Shown piece by piece: positions 17,647-31,182 of a DNA stretch of 64,000 nucleotides (the first letter of the stretch is position 1; every line of letters starts with the position of its first letter). The notes beneath the pieces were generated by a model, which searched no databases, was not told where the DNA came from, and worked only from the letters and a program-made list of their open reading frames with translations. The stretch covers positions 21,497 through 85,496 of the forward strand of contig JAAYSF010000050.1 in assembly GCA_012523975.1 (NCBI GenBank), given 5' to 3'. The translations under genes and the position numbers were made by a program. The stretch is from Veillonellaceae bacterium. Its GTDB lineage: Bacteria; Bacillota; Negativicutes; JAAYSF01.

Positions 17647-20600
17647 TTGTTGGATGTAAACAATTTCGACTCAATGCGTATTGGTCTGGCATCGCCCGAA
17701 CAGATTCGTAAATGGTCGCACGGGGAAGTAAAAAAGCCGGAAACAATAAACTATCGTACACTCAAACCTGAGCGTGACGGCCTATTCTGTGAAAAGATAT
17801 TTGGTCCAACCCGCGACTGGGAGTGTCACTGCGGTAAATATAAGCGCATCCGTTATAAAGGCATTGTCTGCGATCGCTGCGGGGTTGAAGTAACCCGCTC
17901 AAAAGTGCGTCGTGACCGGATGGGTCATATTGAATTGGCGGCGCCTGTATCACATATTTGGTATTTCAAAGGAATTCCTAGCCGCATGGGCCTGATTCTT
18001 GATATCTCGCCCCGTTCGCTCGAGAAAGTGCTGTATTTTGCCGCATATATCGTAATCGATCCGGGCGATACACCTTTAATGAGAAAACAGCTGCTTAATG
18101 AAAGCGAGTACCGCGACTACCGTGATAAATACGGTAACGCTTTCAAAGTAGGTATGGGTGCTGAAGCTATCAAACGGCTGCTGGAAGAACTTGATTTAGA
18201 AAAAATGGGCAAAGAGCTTCGACAGGAACTCAAGGAAGTCAGCGGACAGCGTAAAATTCGCGCCATCCGCCGCCTGGAGGTTGTAGAAGCCTTCCGTAAA
18301 TCGGGCAATAATCCCAGTTGGATGATTATGGATGTTATTCCAGTAATACCGCCTGAACTGCGGCCAATGGTTCAGCTTGATGGCGGTAGGTTTGCAACAT
18401 CTGACCTTAATGACCTATATCGCCGAGTAATTAACCGTAATAACCGCCTAAAGCGTTTATTAGATCTTGGCGCTCCTGATATTATTGTCCGGAATGAAAA
18501 ACGGATGCTGCAAGAAGCTGTTGATGCGTTGATAGATAATGGCCGCCGCGGGCGTCCGGTAACCGGGCCAGGCAATCGTCCCCTTAAATCACTCAGTGAT
18601 ATGCTTAAAGGTAAGCAGGGACGCTTCCGTCAGAACCTACTCGGTAAACGGGTTGACTATTCAGGTCGTTCGGTAATCGTTGTTGGGCCTGAGCTCAAAC
18701 TTCATCAATGCGGCTTACCTAAGGAAATGGCTCTGGAATTGTTCAAACCGTTTGTAATGAAGAAACTGGTCAATGCCGGCCATGCTCACAATATAAAAAG
18801 CGCCAAGCGGATGGTTGAACGGGTACGCGGCGAAGTATGGGACGTTTTAGAAGAAGTTATCAAGGAACATCCTGTACTGCTTAACCGTGCTCCGACGCTT
18901 CACCGCCTTGGTATTCAGGCCTTTGAACCTGTTCTTTCTGAAGGCCGCGCCATTAAGATTCACCCGCTGGTATGTACCGCCTACAACGCTGACTTTGACG
19001 GCGACCAAATGGCTGTTCACGTACCCCTATCGGCAGAGGCTCAATCAGAAGCCCGCTTGTTAATGCTATCGGCGCATAATATACTTGCGCCTAAAGATGG
19101 TAAACCAATTGCTGTACCTACTCAGGATATGGTATTGGGCGCATACTATCTAACGATTGAAAAGCCTGGTGCAATGGGTGAAGGTAAAATCTTCGGCAAC
19201 TATAACGAGGCTCTTCTAGCCTACTATCATAAAGAACTGCATCTGCAAGCTAAAATTAAAGTCCGAGTTCCGAAGTATGGCCTTGTAAATACTACGGTTG
19301 GCCGTATGATCTTCAACGAAGTGCTGCCGGAAGAAATCCGGTATTATACGCAAAAAGAAGACGGCTGGTACTTGGGCATTCTCATGGATAAGAAACAGCT
19401 AGGCAAGCTTGTTGCTGAGAGCTACCAACAGTTTGGCACGTCTAAGACAGCTAATGTCCTGGATGCCATTAAAAAGCTAGGTTATGCTTTTGCCTGCCGT
19501 GCTGGTATCACTATCGCTGTTTCAGATATTAAGATACCGCCTGAAAAGCAAGAAATCCTTAAAAATACTGATGCCCAAGTAGAAGACATCGACCGGAAAT
19601 ACCGCCGCGGTCTTATCACCGAAGAAGAGCGGTATAAGAAAACTATTGAGCTGTGGACCAAAGCAACTGATGATGTTACTAAGGCTATGCTCAATAACCT
19701 TGATCCTTTCAACCCGGTTTACATGATGGCTAATTCTGGCGCTCGCGGTAATATCCAGCAGATTCGTCAGCTGGCCGGTATGCGCGGTCTTATGGCAGAC
19801 CCGTCCGGCCGAATCATCGACTTGCCTATTAAAGCTAATTTCCGCGAAGGTCTTACCGTACTTGATTACTTCACATCAACACATGGCGCTCGGAAAGGCT
19901 TGGCCGATACTGCACTCAGAACAGCCGACTCAGGTTATCTTACCCGTCGTCTGGTTGACGTTGCACAAGATGTCATTGTCCGTGAGGACGACTGTGATGT
20001 TGTGGGTATTAACCTTATCAGGGAACGGGCTAAACTTGCGCAATCAAGTGCAAGTGCAATCGACTTCCTCAAAGATACCCTCTTAGGACGTGTCTTGGCT
20101 GAAGATGTTATTGATCCTAAGACCGGTGAAATATTGCTGCCGCAAGATACAATGCTTGACGATGACAATCTCCGGTTAATTGGTGAGCAGGGCGTGCCTG
20201 AGATTGTGGTGCGCGGTTTGTCGACAAACATCGAAGAAGATGTCAATCCATCAGCTATCAACGAAACAATTGTGCTTGGACAGCCGGAAGAACATGTCCG
20301 CACTACGCTCAAGCAAGCTATGGTTCGTGAAATGCTCGGCAAAAATACAATTGAGGCGATTACCTCTAGTGACGGCGTAGAAATCGTTCCGGCAGACACA
20401 CCGCTTAGCGAGGAACATATAGAACAAATTTTGGCTAGCGATGTCCGGGAAGTAAAAGTTCGCAATAACAAGATTAAGGGCATCGAAGTATCAGCTATCA
20501 AAGAAGGTAGCGGGGTCATTGAACCGCTTAAAGATCGGATTATCGGCAGAATATCGGCTGAAACTATTACCGACCCTGAAACAGGCGAAGTTATTGTTCC

Positions 20601-21600
20601 TATGAACGCTATGATCGATGAGCAATTGGCTGAAAAAGTCGTAAAAGTTCGCGATAAGGTTAAGATTCGTTCAGTACTGACTTGTAAATCGCGTTACGGG
20701 GTTTGCATAAAATGTTATGGGCGTAATCTGGCCACAGGAAATGAAGTAGATGTCGGCGAAGCCGTAGGTATTATAGCTGCGCAATCTATCGGTGAGCCTG
20801 GTACCCAGCTTACAATGCGTACCTTCCATACCGGCGGTGTAGCTGGCGATGACATTACGCAAGGTTTGCCGAGGGTCGAGGAACTGTTTGAAGCTCGTAA
20901 ACCTAAGCGCCCGGCAACAATTACAGAAATTGACGGCCGCGCCGAAGTTAGAGATGTAAAAGGCGCGCGCAAAGTAACCATTATTCCGGACGTCGGTGAA
21001 GAACGCATCTATCCGATTCCTTATGGTGCTAGGCTGATTGTCAAAGAAGGCGATATCGTCAAAGCTGGTGATCGTCTGACCGAAGGTTCGGTTAACCCCC
21101 ACGATATCTTACGGGTTAGCGGTTTAGAGGCAACTCAGCGCTATTTGGTTTATGAAGTACAAAAAGTATATAAATCACAGGGCGTTGAAATTAACGATAA
21201 ACATATCGAAGTAATGGTCCGCCAGATGATGCATAAGGCTAAAGTCGAGGAAGCCGGTGACACCACTCTTCTGCCGGGTGAATATATCGACATTAATACC
21301 TTTGAGGCTGAAAATGATATGGCTGTAGCCGAAGGCGGCGAGCCTGCTGTTGCCAGGCCGATTCTCTTGGGTATCACCAAAGCTTCGCTGGCTACCGATT
21401 CCTTCCTGTCAGCAGCGTCCTTCCAGGAAACAACTCGGGTCCTGACTGATGCTGCCATTAAAGGCAAAGTGGACCCGCTCTTAGGTCTGAAAGAAAACGT
21501 AATTATTGGCAAGCTTGTACCGGCCGGTACTGGTATGAGCCGCTATCGCAATATCAAAATTACTCGTCAACAAAACGAGCTGAATGGAGCAGTAGACTAA
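17647..21600 (+). CDS. rpoC: DNA-directed RNA polymerase subunit beta'
   Basis: 1317-aa ORF with a TTG start after GAGAAGGGAG. It has the Zn finger [20 protein letters not shown] and the catalytic motif [12 protein letters not shown]. Confidence 0.95.
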   Translation: MLDVNNFDSMRIGLASPEQIRKWSHGEVKKPETINYRTLKPERDGLFCEKIFGPTRDWECHCGKYKRIRYKGIVCDRCGVEVTRSKVRRDRMGHIELAAPVSHIWYFKGIPSRMGLILDISPRSLEKVLYFAAYIVIDPGDTPLMRKQLLNESEYRDYRDKYGNAFKVGMGAEAIKRLLEELDLEKMGKELRQELKEVSGQRKIRAIRRLEVVEAFRKSGNNPSWMIMDVIPVIPPELRPMVQLDGGRFATSDLNDLYRRVINRNNRLKRLLDLGAPDIIVRNEKRMLQEAVDALIDNGRRGRPVTGPGNRPLKSLSDMLKGKQGRFRQNLLGKRVDYSGRSVIVVGPELKLHQCGLPKEMALELFKPFVMKKLVNAGHAHNIKSAKRMVERVRGEVWDVLEEVIKEHPVLLNRAPTLHRLGIQAFEPVLSEGRAIKIHPLVCTAYNADFDGDQMAVHVPLSAEAQSEARLLMLSAHNILAPKDGKPIAVPTQDMVLGAYYLTIEKPGAMGEGKIFGNYNEALLAYYHKELHLQAKIKVRVPKYGLVNTTVGRMIFNEVLPEEIRYYTQKEDGWYLGILMDKKQLGKLVAESYQQFGTSKTANVLDAIKKLGYAFACRAGITIAVSDIKIPPEKQEILKNTDAQVEDIDRKYRRGLITEEERYKKTIELWTKATDDVTKAMLNNLDPFNPVYMMANSGARGNIQQIRQLAGMRGLMADPSGRIIDLPIKANFREGLTVLDYFTSTHGARKGLADTALRTADSGYLTRRLVDVAQDVIVREDDCDVVGINLIRERAKLAQSSASAIDFLKDTLLGRVLAEDVIDPKTGEILLPQDTMLDDDNLRLIGEQGVPEIVVRGLSTNIEEDVNPSAINETIVLGQPEEHVRTTLKQAMVREMLGKNTIEAITSSDGVEIVPADTPLSEEHIEQILASDVREVKVRNNKIKGIEVSAIKEGSGVIEPLKDRIIGRISAETITDPETGEVIVPMNAMIDEQLAEKVVKVRDKVKIRSVLTCKSRYGVCIKCYGRNLATGNEVDVGEAVGIIAAQSIGEPGTQLTMRTFHTGGVAGDDITQGLPRVEELFEARKPKRPATITEIDGRAEVRDVKGARKVTIIPDVGEERIYPIPYGARLIVKEGDIVKAGDRLTEGSVNPHDILRVSGLEATQRYLVYEVQKVYKSQGVEINDKHIEVMVRQMMHKAKVEEAGDTTLLPGEYIDINTFEAENDMAVAEGGEPAVARPILLGITKASLATDSFLSAASFQETTRVLTDAAIKGKVDPLLGLKENVIIGKLVPAGTGMSRYRNIKITRQQNELNGAVD

Positions 21601-21624
21601 TAATTTCTGTTCCGGGAAGAATAA

Positions 21625-21661
21625 ACACTGGCATTTGTAAGGTGATGCCAGTGTCTTTTTT
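21625..21661 (+). terminator. intrinsic terminator after rpoC
   Basis: 10-bp stem ACACTGGCAT/ATGCCAGTGT, then CTTTTTT. Confidence 0.8.
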
Positions 21662-21744
21662 AGACACAAATGACACTCCTGGGGGCGTGGGTATAAAAAC
21701 AGCGTGAAAAACTAGGAAAATCATAAGATTCTTGTTTAACTTTA

Positions 21745-21773
21745 TTGACATTGACTTACGGTAATGTTAAGAT
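21745..21773 (+). promoter_or_regulatory. putative promoter of the str operon (L7Ae-rpsL-rpsG-fusA-tuf)
   Basis: TTGACA (21745-21750), a 17-nt spacer, then TAAGAT (21768-21773). Confidence 0.4.
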
Positions 21774-21826
21774 ATTAAAGTGCCTTGAGAGAATTGGATT
21801 TGTTTGTTAATTAAGGAGTGTACCGA

Positions 21827-22072
21827 ATGATGTTCGAGACGCTGAAAACTGCCAAAAAAGTAATAGGCGTTAAGCAAACAACCAAAGCTGTTGAAAAGGG
21901 ATTAGCTTGCGTTGTCTATGTAGCGCAAGATGCTGACAGCAGAGTAACTCAGCCGCTGAAAGAACTGTGCAGCCGAAAGGGTGTAAAGTTAGAATGGGCG
22001 TCAAGCAAAGTCGAACTAGGCAAGGCTTGTGCCATTGAAGTGAGCGCTGCGGCGGTAGCTGTTCTGAAGTAG
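21827..22072 (+). CDS. ybxF: L7Ae-family K-turn-binding ribosome-associated protein (YbxF-like)
   Basis: KVIGVKQTTKAVEKGLACVVYVAQDAD...LGKACAIEVSAAAVAV. ATG 21827 lies 8 nt after AAGGAG. It holds the same position between rpoC and rpsL as B. subtilis ybxF. Confidence 0.8.
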   Translation: MMFETLKTAKKVIGVKQTTKAVEKGLACVVYVAQDADSRVTQPLKELCSRKGVKLEWASSKVELGKACAIEVSAAAVAVLK

Positions 22073-22161
22073 CTAACAATCGTTAAATATTTTGTCTCCT
22101 TCTAAAGAGTGAGGCAGAATTTTTAATAATAAATTTCGATGTTTGGGAAGGAGGTGTCGTA

Positions 22162-22536
22162 ATGCCGACAATTAACCAATTGGTCCGCAAAAGCAGAACT
22201 GTTCTGGAAAGAAAATCCACTGCGCCGGCGTTGAAAGAATCGCCGCAAAAGCGTGGTGTTTGTACAAGGGTATACACTAGCACTCCGAAAAAACCTAACT
22301 CAGCACTTCGTAAAGTGGCGAGGGTTCGTCTGACAAATGGTATTGAGGTGTCTGCTTACATCCCTGGTATTGGTCATAACTTACAGGAACACTCTGTTGT
22401 TCTTATCAGAGGTGGCAGGGTTAAAGACTTACCTGGTGTTCGTTATCATATTATCCGTGGTGCGCTTGACACTGCTGGTGTTCAAAACCGTAAGCAAGCC
22501 AGATCCAAATATGGCAGCAAGCGTGCGAAAAAGTAG
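22162..22536 (+). CDS. rpsL: 30S ribosomal protein S12
   Basis: [12 protein letters not shown]...[19 protein letters not shown]. Confidence 0.96.
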   Translation: MPTINQLVRKSRTVLERKSTAPALKESPQKRGVCTRVYTSTPKKPNSALRKVARVRLTNGIEVSAYIPGIGHNLQEHSVVLIRGGRVKDLPGVRYHIIRGALDTAGVQNRKQARSKYGSKRAKK

Positions 22537-22559
22537 CTTTTAATTGTAGTTTTGTTTAA

Positions 22560-23042
<483 letters not shown>

Positions 23043-23070
23043 TTTAGAGAATGCAGTGTAAGGAGTGATA

Positions 23071-25152
23071 ATGGTGGCCAGAAAGTTTCCTCTCGAAAGG
23101 ACAAGAAACATTGGCATCATGGCACACATTGACGCCGGCAAGACCACTACAACCGAACGCATTCTGTTTTATACTGGTAGAGTACACAAGATTGGTGAAA
23201 CGCATGATGGCGGTGCCACTATGGACTGGATGGTGCAGGAACAAGAGAGAGGGATTACAATCACTTCTGCTGCAACTACAGCTCAATGGAAAAACCATCG
23301 TATAAACATTATTGATACACCAGGGCACGTGGACTTTACTGTTGAGGTAGAACGCTCGCTTAGAGTGCTTGATGGCTCTGTGGCCGTATTTTGCGCCAAG
23401 GGTGGTGTTGAACCGCAATCAGAAACGGTTTGGCGTCAAGCTGATAAATACGGGGTGCCCCGTATGGCGTATGTTAACAAAATGGATATACTCGGCGCTG
23501 ATTTTTATCGCGTTGTTGATATGATGAAAACCCGGCTGGGTGCGAATCCAGTGCCTATTCAACTTCCGATTGGTTTTGAAGATACTTTTAAAGGTATCGT
23601 TGATTTAGTTGAAATGAAGGCAATCATCTATACCGATGATCTTGGTAAAACTAGCGAAGAAACTGAAATTCCGGAAGATATGATGGAGAATGTTGAGCTC
23701 TACAGACAAAATCTGTTGGACGCTGTAGCTGAAAGTGATGACGAGCTTATGATGAAGTACCTCGAAGGTGAAGAGCTCACTAAAGAGGAAATTAAAGCCG
23801 GTATCCGCAAAGCTACCATTGCCTGCAAAATGACTCCGGTAGTATGTGGCTCATCTTACAAAAACAAAGGTGTTCAGCCGCTTCTGGACGCAGTTGTTGA
23901 ATACATGCCTGCTCCGACTGATATTGCGGCGATTAAAGGTGTGCATCCTGACACTGGTGAAGAAGATGAGCGTGATTCAAGCGATGATTTACCGTTCTCA
24001 GCGTTGGCTTTCAAAATCATGGCTGACCCTTATGTTGGTAAATTAGCTTTCTTCAGAGTTTACTCTGGTACACTGAGCTCCGGATCGTATGTATACAACT
24101 CAACTAAAGGCAAAAAGGAACGCATTGGCCGTATCCTGCAGATGCACGCTAATCACCGCGAAGAACTTGATATTGTTTACTCCGGTGACATTGCTGCAGC
24201 CGTTGGTCTGAAAGATACAACTACCGGTGACACTCTGTGCGATGACAAAAACCCGATTATTCTTGAATCCATGGTCTTCCCGGAACCGGTTATCTCGGTA
24301 GCTGTTGAACCGAAGACTAAAGCTGACCAAGAAAAAATGGGCATTGCGCTGGTGAGGCTGGCAGAAGAAGATCCTACTTTCCGGATGAGTACTGACAAAG
24401 AAACTGGTCAGACCATCATTGAGGGCATGGGAGAATTGCATCTTGAGATTATTGTTGACCGGATGTTAAGAGAGTTCAAAGTGGGTTGCACTGTTGGTAA
24501 GCCGCAGGTTGCTTATCGTGAAACAATCCGCAAGGCTGTCAAAGCTGAAGGTAAATTTGTTCGTCAGTCTGGCGGTCGTGGTCAATATGGTCACTGCTGG
24601 CTGGAAATCGAACCGCAAGAACCGGGCCAAGGTTTCGCTTTTGAAAACAAGGTTGTCGGCGGTGCTATTCCGAAAGAATACATCGGACCAATCGAAAATG
24701 GTGTTAAGGAAGCTATGGAAAACGGCGTTGTAGCCGGTTATCCAATGGTTGATATTAAAGTCACCGTATATGACGGTTCGTACCATGATGTTGACTCCTC
24801 GGAAATGGCGTTTAAGATTGCCGGTTCAATGGGCTTTAAAGCCGGTGCGCAAAAGGCAAGCCCGGTACTGTTAGAACCATATGTAAAGGTTGAAGTGACT
24901 GTTCCGGAAGAGTACATGGGGGATGTTATCGGCGACCTTAACTCCCGCCGCGGACGTATCGAAGGCATGGAACCGCGCAATGGCCTTCAAACCATTAAGT
25001 CGTTCGTTCCGCTTTCCGAAATGTTCGGATATGCAACTGACCTTCGTTCCAAAACTCAAGGCCGTGGCAACTACTCCATGGAATTTGATCACTATGAAGA
25101 AGTGCCTAAGAACATCGCTGAAGCGATTGTCACAAAAGTAAAAGGCGCATAA
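23071..25152 (+). CDS. fusA: elongation factor G
   Basis: [28 protein letters not shown] 23071 follows AAGGAG. The ORF track starts at GTG 23065. Confidence 0.95.
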   Translation: MVARKFPLERTRNIGIMAHIDAGKTTTTERILFYTGRVHKIGETHDGGATMDWMVQEQERGITITSAATTAQWKNHRINIIDTPGHVDFTVEVERSLRVLDGSVAVFCAKGGVEPQSETVWRQADKYGVPRMAYVNKMDILGADFYRVVDMMKTRLGANPVPIQLPIGFEDTFKGIVDLVEMKAIIYTDDLGKTSEETEIPEDMMENVELYRQNLLDAVAESDDELMMKYLEGEELTKEEIKAGIRKATIACKMTPVVCGSSYKNKGVQPLLDAVVEYMPAPTDIAAIKGVHPDTGEEDERDSSDDLPFSALAFKIMADPYVGKLAFFRVYSGTLSSGSYVYNSTKGKKERIGRILQMHANHREELDIVYSGDIAAAVGLKDTTTGDTLCDDKNPIILESMVFPEPVISVAVEPKTKADQEKMGIALVRLAEEDPTFRMSTDKETGQTIIEGMGELHLEIIVDRMLREFKVGCTVGKPQVAYRETIRKAVKAEGKFVRQSGGRGQYGHCWLEIEPQEPGQGFAFENKVVGGAIPKEYIGPIENGVKEAMENGVVAGYPMVDIKVTVYDGSYHDVDSSEMAFKIAGSMGFKAGAQKASPVLLEPYVKVEVTVPEEYMGDVIGDLNSRRGRIEGMEPRNGLQTIKSFVPLSEMFGYATDLRSKTQGRGNYSMEFDHYEEVPKNIAEAIVTKVKGA

Positions 25153-25180
25153 ATAAGGATATTAAGGAGGCAAATAAACA

Positions 25181-26383
25181 ATGGCTAAAGCTAAGTTTGA
25201 AAGAAACAAACCCCACGTAAACATTGGTACTATCGGTCACGTTGACCATGGTAAAACTTCTCTTACCGCTGCTATCACTATGACTCTTGCTAAGCATGGT
25301 GGTGCTCAATTCATGGCATATGACCAGATTGACAAAGCTCCTGAAGAAAGAGAACGCGGTATTACAATTAATACCTCTCACGTAGAGTATGAAACTGATA
25401 ACCGCCACTATGCACACGTTGACTGCCCGGGCCATGCTGACTATGTTAAAAACATGATCACCGGTGCTGCTCAAATGGACGGCGCTATCCTGGTCGTAAG
25501 TGCTGCTGACGGCCCGATGCCGCAAACTCGCGAGCACATTCTTCTTTCCCGTCAGGTAGGCGTGCCTGCAATGGTAGTATTCCTTAACAAAGCTGACCTT
25601 GTTGATGATGCTGAACTTATGGAATTAGTTGAAATGGAAGTTCGCGAGCTGCTTTCCAGCTATGACTTCCCTGGCGACGACATTCCTGTAATTACCGGTT
25701 CTGCTGTAAAAGCTCTTGAGTGTGGCTGCGCTACCAAAGAATGCGAATGGTGCGGTAAAATCCTTGATCTGATGGCTAAAGTTGACGAATACATTCCTAC
25801 TCCTGAGCGTCCTACCGATAAGCCGTTCTTGATGCCTGTTGAGGACGTATTCACTATCACTGGCCGTGGTACTGTTGCAACTGGCCGTGTTGAGCGTGGA
25901 ACTGTTAAAGTTGGTGAAACTGTTGAAATCGTTGGTATGGCTGAAAAAGCTAAATCCACAGTTGTAACCGGCGTTGAAATGTTCCGTAAACTTCTTGATT
26001 CAGCTGTTGCTGGCGACAACATCGGTGCTCTGCTCCGTGGTGTTGAGCGTAAAGAAATCGAGCGTGGCCAAGTTTTGGCCAAGCCTGGCAGCATTAAGCC
26101 GCACACTAAATACAAAGCCGAAGTTTACGTACTGACTAAAGAAGAAGGCGGCCGTCATACTCCGTTCTTCTCCAACTACCGTCCGCAGTTCTACTTCCGT
26201 ACAACTGACGTTACCGGTGTTGTAAATCTTCCTGAAGGCGTAGAAATGTGCATGCCTGGCGACAACATTCAAATGCATATCGAACTTATCACTCCGATTG
26301 CAATTGAAGAAGGTCTCCGTTTCGCTATCCGCGAAGGCGGTCGTACCGTTGGTGCTGGCGTTGTAACAGAAATCGAAGCATAA
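25181..26383 (+). CDS. tuf: elongation factor Tu, paralog 2 (tufA context, downstream of fusA)
   Basis: 400 aa. By eye it has about 30 amino-acid differences from paralog 1 and many synonymous differences. Confidence 0.96.
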   Translation: MAKAKFERNKPHVNIGTIGHVDHGKTSLTAAITMTLAKHGGAQFMAYDQIDKAPEERERGITINTSHVEYETDNRHYAHVDCPGHADYVKNMITGAAQMDGAILVVSAADGPMPQTREHILLSRQVGVPAMVVFLNKADLVDDAELMELVEMEVRELLSSYDFPGDDIPVITGSAVKALECGCATKECEWCGKILDLMAKVDEYIPTPERPTDKPFLMPVEDVFTITGRGTVATGRVERGTVKVGETVEIVGMAEKAKSTVVTGVEMFRKLLDSAVAGDNIGALLRGVERKEIERGQVLAKPGSIKPHTKYKAEVYVLTKEEGGRHTPFFSNYRPQFYFRTTDVTGVVNLPEGVEMCMPGDNIQMHIELITPIAIEEGLRFAIREGGRTVGAGVVTEIEA

Positions 26384-26549
26384 TTACTGCTGAATTTAGC
26401 AGGTTGATCTAAAGGTAGGGGCGGCCTCCGGTCGCCCCTATAAAAAAGTTTGTTTCAAATGCGATGACGTGGAAGGTTGCCTTGAAACAAGGGGGAAATT
26501 TCCACGGAGAAATGTCCGCTCTAGAAACGGGCGATAAGGAGGAAACACA

Positions 26550-26861
26550 ATGGCTAAACAACAAAAAATCAGAATACGCCTTAAGGCGTATGACCACAAG
26601 GCGCTTGATCAAAGTGCCGTAAGAATCGTAGAAACCGCCAAAAGAACTGGCGCGTTAGTTTCCGGGCCAATTCCGCTTCCAACCGAAAAGAATATCTTTA
26701 CTATCCTGCGTTCGCCGCATGTTAATAAAGATTCTCGGGAACAGTTCGAGATGCGCACTCATAAACGTCTAATCGATATTCTTGAACCCACATCCAAGAC
26801 GGTTGATGCCCTGATGCGTCTGGATCTTCCGGCTGGTGTGGATATCGAAATCAAGCTGTAG
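26550..26861 (+). CDS. rpsJ: 30S ribosomal protein S10
   Basis: [17 protein letters not shown]...[24 protein letters not shown]. Confidence 0.96.
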   Translation: MAKQQKIRIRLKAYDHKALDQSAVRIVETAKRTGALVSGPIPLPTEKNIFTILRSPHVNKDSREQFEMRTHKRLIDILEPTSKTVDALMRLDLPAGVDIEIKL

Positions 26862-26876
26862 GAGGAGGTGGCGATA

Positions 26877-27518
26877 ATGGCAAAAGGAATTTTAGGTAAA
26901 AAGCTTGGTATGACTCAAATTTTTACTGAAGAAGGCAAAGTAATTCCGGTTACAGTAATTGAGGCCGGCCCGAATGTAGTAGTGCAAAACAAAACTGTTG
27001 AAACTGATGGATATAATGCGGTGCAATTAGGTTTTGGCACTGTTAAAGATAAAAAGGTTACCAAACCGCAAAAAGGACATTTCGCCAAAGCAGGTGTAAA
27101 ACCTGTGAAATTTATCCGCGAAATGCGTCTGCCCAGCGCGCCTGAGTTCACTGTCGGCCAAACCATTGGTGTTGACACCTTCAGTGCAGGTGAACTGATC
27201 GATGTAGTTGGTACTGCAAAAGGTAAAGGCTTTGCCGGCGGTATTAAACGGCATAACTTTAGACGCGGACCAATGGGCCACGGTTCGAAATCGCATCGTG
27301 AGCCAGGTTCAATCGGACCTATGACTAGCGGCGGTGGCGGTAAAGTATTTAAAGGCAAAAAATTGCCTGGCCGTATGGGCGCTCATCGTGTTACTATTCA
27401 ACGTCTAAGCATTGTAAGAGTAGATGCTGAACGTAACCTAATGCTTATCAAAGGCGCAGTTCCCGGACCAAAAGGCGGCTTTGTTGTTATAAAAAGTACC
27501 GTAAAGCCTAAAAAATAG
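26877..27518 (+). CDS. rplC: 50S ribosomal protein L3
   Basis: [16 protein letters not shown]... ATG 26877 lies 8 nt after GGAGGAGG. Confidence 0.95.
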   Translation: MAKGILGKKLGMTQIFTEEGKVIPVTVIEAGPNVVVQNKTVETDGYNAVQLGFGTVKDKKVTKPQKGHFAKAGVKPVKFIREMRLPSAPEFTVGQTIGVDTFSAGELIDVVGTAKGKGFAGGIKRHNFRRGPMGHGSKSHREPGSIGPMTSGGGGKVFKGKKLPGRMGAHRVTIQRLSIVRVDAERNLMLIKGAVPGPKGGFVVIKSTVKPKK

Positions 27519-27557
27519 GTTCGGCTGATTTCGAACATCGAAAGGAGGATGTGCTAT

Positions 27558-28184
27558 ATGCCGAAAGTAGCAGTATATGATATCACCGGTAAAAAATCCG
27601 GTGAAATGGAGTTAAATGATAACGTTTTTGGCGTAGAAGTAAATGAAGCTGTACTGCATCAAGCAGTTGTTATGCAGCTTGCAAACCAACGTCAAGGCAC
27701 AGCTGCAACTAAGACAAGAGGTTTTGTTCGCGGCGGTGGCAGAAAGCCTTGGAGACAAAAAGGCACTGGCCGTGCTCGTGCAGGCAGCATTCGTTCACCA
27801 TTATGGGTAGGTGGTGGTACGATATTCGGACCGCAGCCCCGTTCGTATGCATTCAGCATGCCGCGTAAGGTTCGCCGTTTGGCTCTTAAATCGGCTTTAA
27901 CCGCAAAAGTTGAAGGTGGAGAAATGTTTGTTGTTGAAAATATCGACTTCGACGCTCCTAAAACAAAAAATGTGGTTAAAATGATGGCTGATTTTGATGC
28001 AGCTGATAACAAAGCTTTAATTGTTACCGCTGAAACACTTGAAAATGTTGAGAAATCATCTCGCAACATTCCTGGGGTTAAAGCAACTACTTCCGCTGGT
28101 CTGAACGTATATGATCTTTTGTATCATGATAAAATCTTCATTACAAAAGATGCAATCTCCAGAATTGAGGAGGTGCTTGCATAA
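27558..28184 (+). CDS. rplD: 50S ribosomal protein L4
   Basis: [13 protein letters not shown]...[23 protein letters not shown] 27558 follows AAGGAGG. Confidence 0.95.
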   Translation: MPKVAVYDITGKKSGEMELNDNVFGVEVNEAVLHQAVVMQLANQRQGTAATKTRGFVRGGGRKPWRQKGTGRARAGSIRSPLWVGGGTIFGPQPRSYAFSMPRKVRRLALKSALTAKVEGGEMFVVENIDFDAPKTKNVVKMMADFDAADNKALIVTAETLENVEKSSRNIPGVKATTSAGLNVYDLLYHDKIFITKDAISRIEEVLA

Positions 28185-28471
28185 TGGAAAATCCACGTGA
28201 CGTACTGATTCGTCCGCTTATTACTGAAAGAACCGCTAGCTTGATGGAGGATAACAAATATACTTTTGTAGTTCCGCTCAAAGCTAACAAGGTTGAGATT
28301 CGTCAAGCGGTAGAACAAGTTTTCAAAGTAAAAGTTCTCGACGTTAACACTATTCGGGTTATGGGCAAGACCAAGCGCATGGGCCGTACCCAAGGCAAGC
28401 GTCCGGACTATAAAAAAGCCATTGTTAAACTGGCTCCCGGCGAACGTATTGAGTTCTTTGAAGGTGTGTAG
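28184..28471 (+). CDS. rplW: 50S ribosomal protein L23
   Basis: [12 protein letters not shown]...[20 protein letters not shown] overlap with rplD. Confidence 0.95.
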   Translation: MENPRDVLIRPLITERTASLMEDNKYTFVVPLKANKVEIRQAVEQVFKVKVLDVNTIRVMGKTKRMGRTQGKRPDYKKAIVKLAPGERIEFFEGV

Positions 28472-28501
28472 CCTTAAATTAGAGAAGAAGGAGGAGCTCT
28501 T

Positions 28502-29332
28502 ATGGCAGTAAAAAGCTTCAAGCCGTATTCTGCTGGCCGAAGATTCATGACAGTAGCTAGTTTCGACGAAATTACTACTGATAAACCTGAACGCTCGCTT
28601 GTTGAAAGACTTCAAAAGCATGGCGGACGGAATCAGCAGGGCCGCATGACTGTACGCCATCAAGGCGGTGGTCATAAGCGTCTGTATAGAATTATTGATT
28701 TTAAAAGAAACAAAGACGGTATTCCCGCAAAAGTTGCCACTATCGAGTATGATCCTAACCGTTCTGCTCGGATTGCCCTTTTAAATTATGCTGATGGTGA
28801 AAAACGTTATATTTTAGCTCCGGAAGGACTAAAAGTAGGAACCACCGTTATGAGTGGTCCAGAGGCTGATATTAAAGTCGGCAACGCTCTGCAGCTTAAA
28901 AACATTCCGGTTGGTACATTGCTTCATAACATTGAGATGAAAATCGGCAAAGGCGGCCAAATGGTTCGTTCGGCCGGTGCTGGCGCTCAGTTGATGGCAA
29001 AAGAAGGCGATTATGCACTTCTTAGACTGCCTTCCGGTGAACTTCGCAAAGTTCATGTAAACTGTAAAGCTACAATCGGCCAAGTTGGCAATCTGGAGCA
29101 TGAAAACATCACTATCGGCAAAGCCGGTCGTGCACGTTGGTTGGGCGTTCGTCCTGCAAACCGCGGTGTATCTATGAACCCGATTGACCATCCGCATGGC
29201 GGTGGTGAAGGTCGTTCACCTGTCGGTCGTAAACATCCTGTTACTCCTTGGGGTAAAGTTGCTATGGGGGCTAAAACCCGTAAGAAAAAAGCTTCAGATA
29301 AGCTTATTGTTAAACGCCGTAATAAAAAGTAA
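28502..29332 (+). CDS. rplB: 50S ribosomal protein L2
   Basis: [14 protein letters not shown]...[15 protein letters not shown]. Confidence 0.96.
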   Translation: MAVKSFKPYSAGRRFMTVASFDEITTDKPERSLVERLQKHGGRNQQGRMTVRHQGGGHKRLYRIIDFKRNKDGIPAKVATIEYDPNRSARIALLNYADGEKRYILAPEGLKVGTTVMSGPEADIKVGNALQLKNIPVGTLLHNIEMKIGKGGQMVRSAGAGAQLMAKEGDYALLRLPSGELRKVHVNCKATIGQVGNLEHENITIGKAGRARWLGVRPANRGVSMNPIDHPHGGGEGRSPVGRKHPVTPWGKVAMGAKTRKKKASDKLIVKRRNKK

Positions 29333-29400
29333 TTGTTTATTTAAGCCGGCCTGAAATAATGGCGGCTTAAAATAAGCAATGATCGAAGGGAGGCTGTACA

Positions 29401-29682
29401 GTGTCCAGATCAATTAAAAAAGGACCTTATGTGCATGAAAGCTTGCTTAAAAAGATAGAAGCCATGAACGAAAAGAATGAGAAGAAAGTTATTAAGACCT
29501 GGTCCCGCAGCTCGACAATTCTCCCCAGCTTTGTTGGTCATACAGTTGCCGTTCACGACGGACGTAAACATGTACCGGTATATATTACCGAAGACATGGT
29601 AGGACACAAATTGGGCGAATTTGCACCGACCCGTACCTATAAAGGTCACAGCGGATCAGAAAGATCCACCTCACTGAGATAG
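29401..29682 (+). CDS. rpsS: 30S ribosomal protein S19
   Basis: [10 protein letters not shown]...[21 protein letters not shown] start. Confidence 0.95.
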   Translation: MSRSIKKGPYVHESLLKKIEAMNEKNEKKVIKTWSRSSTILPSFVGHTVAVHDGRKHVPVYITEDMVGHKLGEFAPTRTYKGHSGSERSTSLR

Positions 29683-29703
29683 TCGCTGAAAGGAGGCTAA
29701 TAT

Positions 29704-30036
29704 ATGGAAGCCAAAGCAGTTGCTAGACACATCCGCATTGCACCGCGCAAAGTCCGTATTGTTATTGATCTTATCCGCGGTAAGAATATCGGAGAAGCAT
29801 TTGCTATTTTGAAACATACGCCGAAAGTTGCGTCTGAAGTTTTAGAAAAAGTGCTTAAATCGGCGGTAGCCAATGCAGAGCATAATTATGACATGAATGC
29901 TGACAAACTTTATGTTGCTGCTGCATATGTTGACCAAGGACCGACACTTAAGCGCATTCATCCTCGGTCACGTGGCCAAGCATTTAAAATTTTAAAGCGC
30001 ACCAGTCACGTAACCCTTGTTGTAAAAGAAAGATAA
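29704..30036 (+). CDS. rplV: 50S ribosomal protein L22
   Basis: [27 protein letters not shown]. Confidence 0.95.
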   Translation: MEAKAVARHIRIAPRKVRIVIDLIRGKNIGEAFAILKHTPKVASEVLEKVLKSAVANAEHNYDMNADKLYVAAAYVDQGPTLKRIHPRSRGQAFKILKRTSHVTLVVKER

Positions 30037-30058
30037 CTGGTGAAGGAGGGAAACAAAA

Positions 30059-30727
30059 GTGGGTCAAAAAGTTAATCCGCATGGTCTGCGTCTTGGTATT
30101 ATTAAAACATGGGATGCCAAGTGGTATGCTGACAAAGACTATGCAGCAAATCTGCATGAAGACTTAAAACTCCGTAAATATATTAAAGCAAAGCTTTTCA
30201 CATCCGGTATTTCTAAAGTTGAAATAGAGCGGGCTGCTAATCGCGTTAAAATTAATATCCATACTGCTAAGCCTGGTATGGTAATCGGCCGCGGCGGCTC
30301 AGGTATTGAAGCACTTAAAGCCGGTTTGAAAAAACTTTCAGATAAGCATATTGATATAAATATCGTTGAAGTAAAACAAGCTGAACTAGATGCAACCCTG
30401 GTTGCTGAAAATATCGCATCTCAATTGGAAAGACGTATTGCTTTCCGTCGGGCGATGAAACAATCCGTTAGCCGTACCATGAGAATGGGCGCTAAAGGAA
30501 TTAAAGTAATGGTCGGCGGTCGTTTGGGCGGAGCTGAAATTGCCCGTTCCGAAAGCTATCGCGAAGGAAGTATTCCTCTTCACACTTTAAGAGCCGACAT
30601 TGATTATGGCACTGCTGAAGCTCACACCACCTACGGCCGTATCGGTGTAAAAGTTTGGATCTATAAGGGTGAGGTTCTGCCTGAAGCGAAGAAAACCGCT
30701 GCTGCCGTGGAAGGGAGCGAAAAGTAA
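30059..30727 (+). CDS. rpsC: 30S ribosomal protein S3
   Basis: [26 protein letters not shown] start. Confidence 0.95.
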   Translation: MGQKVNPHGLRLGIIKTWDAKWYADKDYAANLHEDLKLRKYIKAKLFTSGISKVEIERAANRVKINIHTAKPGMVIGRGGSGIEALKAGLKKLSDKHIDINIVEVKQAELDATLVAENIASQLERRIAFRRAMKQSVSRTMRMGAKGIKVMVGGRLGGAEIARSESYREGSIPLHTLRADIDYGTAEAHTTYGRIGVKVWIYKGEVLPEAKKTAAAVEGSEK

Positions 30728-31182
30728 TGCTACTGCCGAAAAGAGTAAAACACCGTAAACAGTTTCGTGGACGTATGAAAGGCAAAGCTAATCGAGGCAA
30801 TACCGTATCGCATGGCGAATTCGGTCTTGTCGCATTAGAGCCAGCTTGGATTACAAACCGCCAGATTGAGGCAGCCCGTATTGCTATGACTCGTTATATC
30901 AAACGTGGCGGTAAAGTCTGGATTAAAATATTCCCTGATAAGCCGGTTACTGCAAAACCTGCCGAAACTCGTATGGGTAGCGGTAAAGGATCACCCGAAT
31001 ACTGGGTAGCTGTAGTTAAGCCAGGCCGCGTTATGTTCGAAATGGATGGAGTAAGCGAAGAACTAGCTAGAGAAGCTATGAGACTTGCCGCTCACAAACT
31101 TCCGATCAAAACCAAGTTTGTTACTAAGGAACAAACAGTTGCGGCGCAAGATAAAGTGGGTGGTGAAGTAAATGAAGGCTAA
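30727..31182 (+). CDS. rplP: 50S ribosomal protein L16
   Basis: [19 protein letters not shown]. Confidence 0.95.
   Translation: MLLPKRVKHRKQFRGRMKGKANRGNTVSHGEFGLVALEPAWITNRQIEAARIAMTRYIKRGGKVWIKIFPDKPVTAKPAETRMGSGKGSPEYWVAVVKPGRVMFEMDGVSEELAREAMRLAAHKLPIKTKFVTKEQTVAAQDKVGGEVNEG

Noticed and set aside
26417-26439. GC-rich hairpin after tuf paralog 2, considered as an intrinsic terminator
   Set aside because: It is followed by an A-rich tract on the + strand and has no downstream T-tract on the - strand either. It is therefore reported as a structural feature only, not a terminator.
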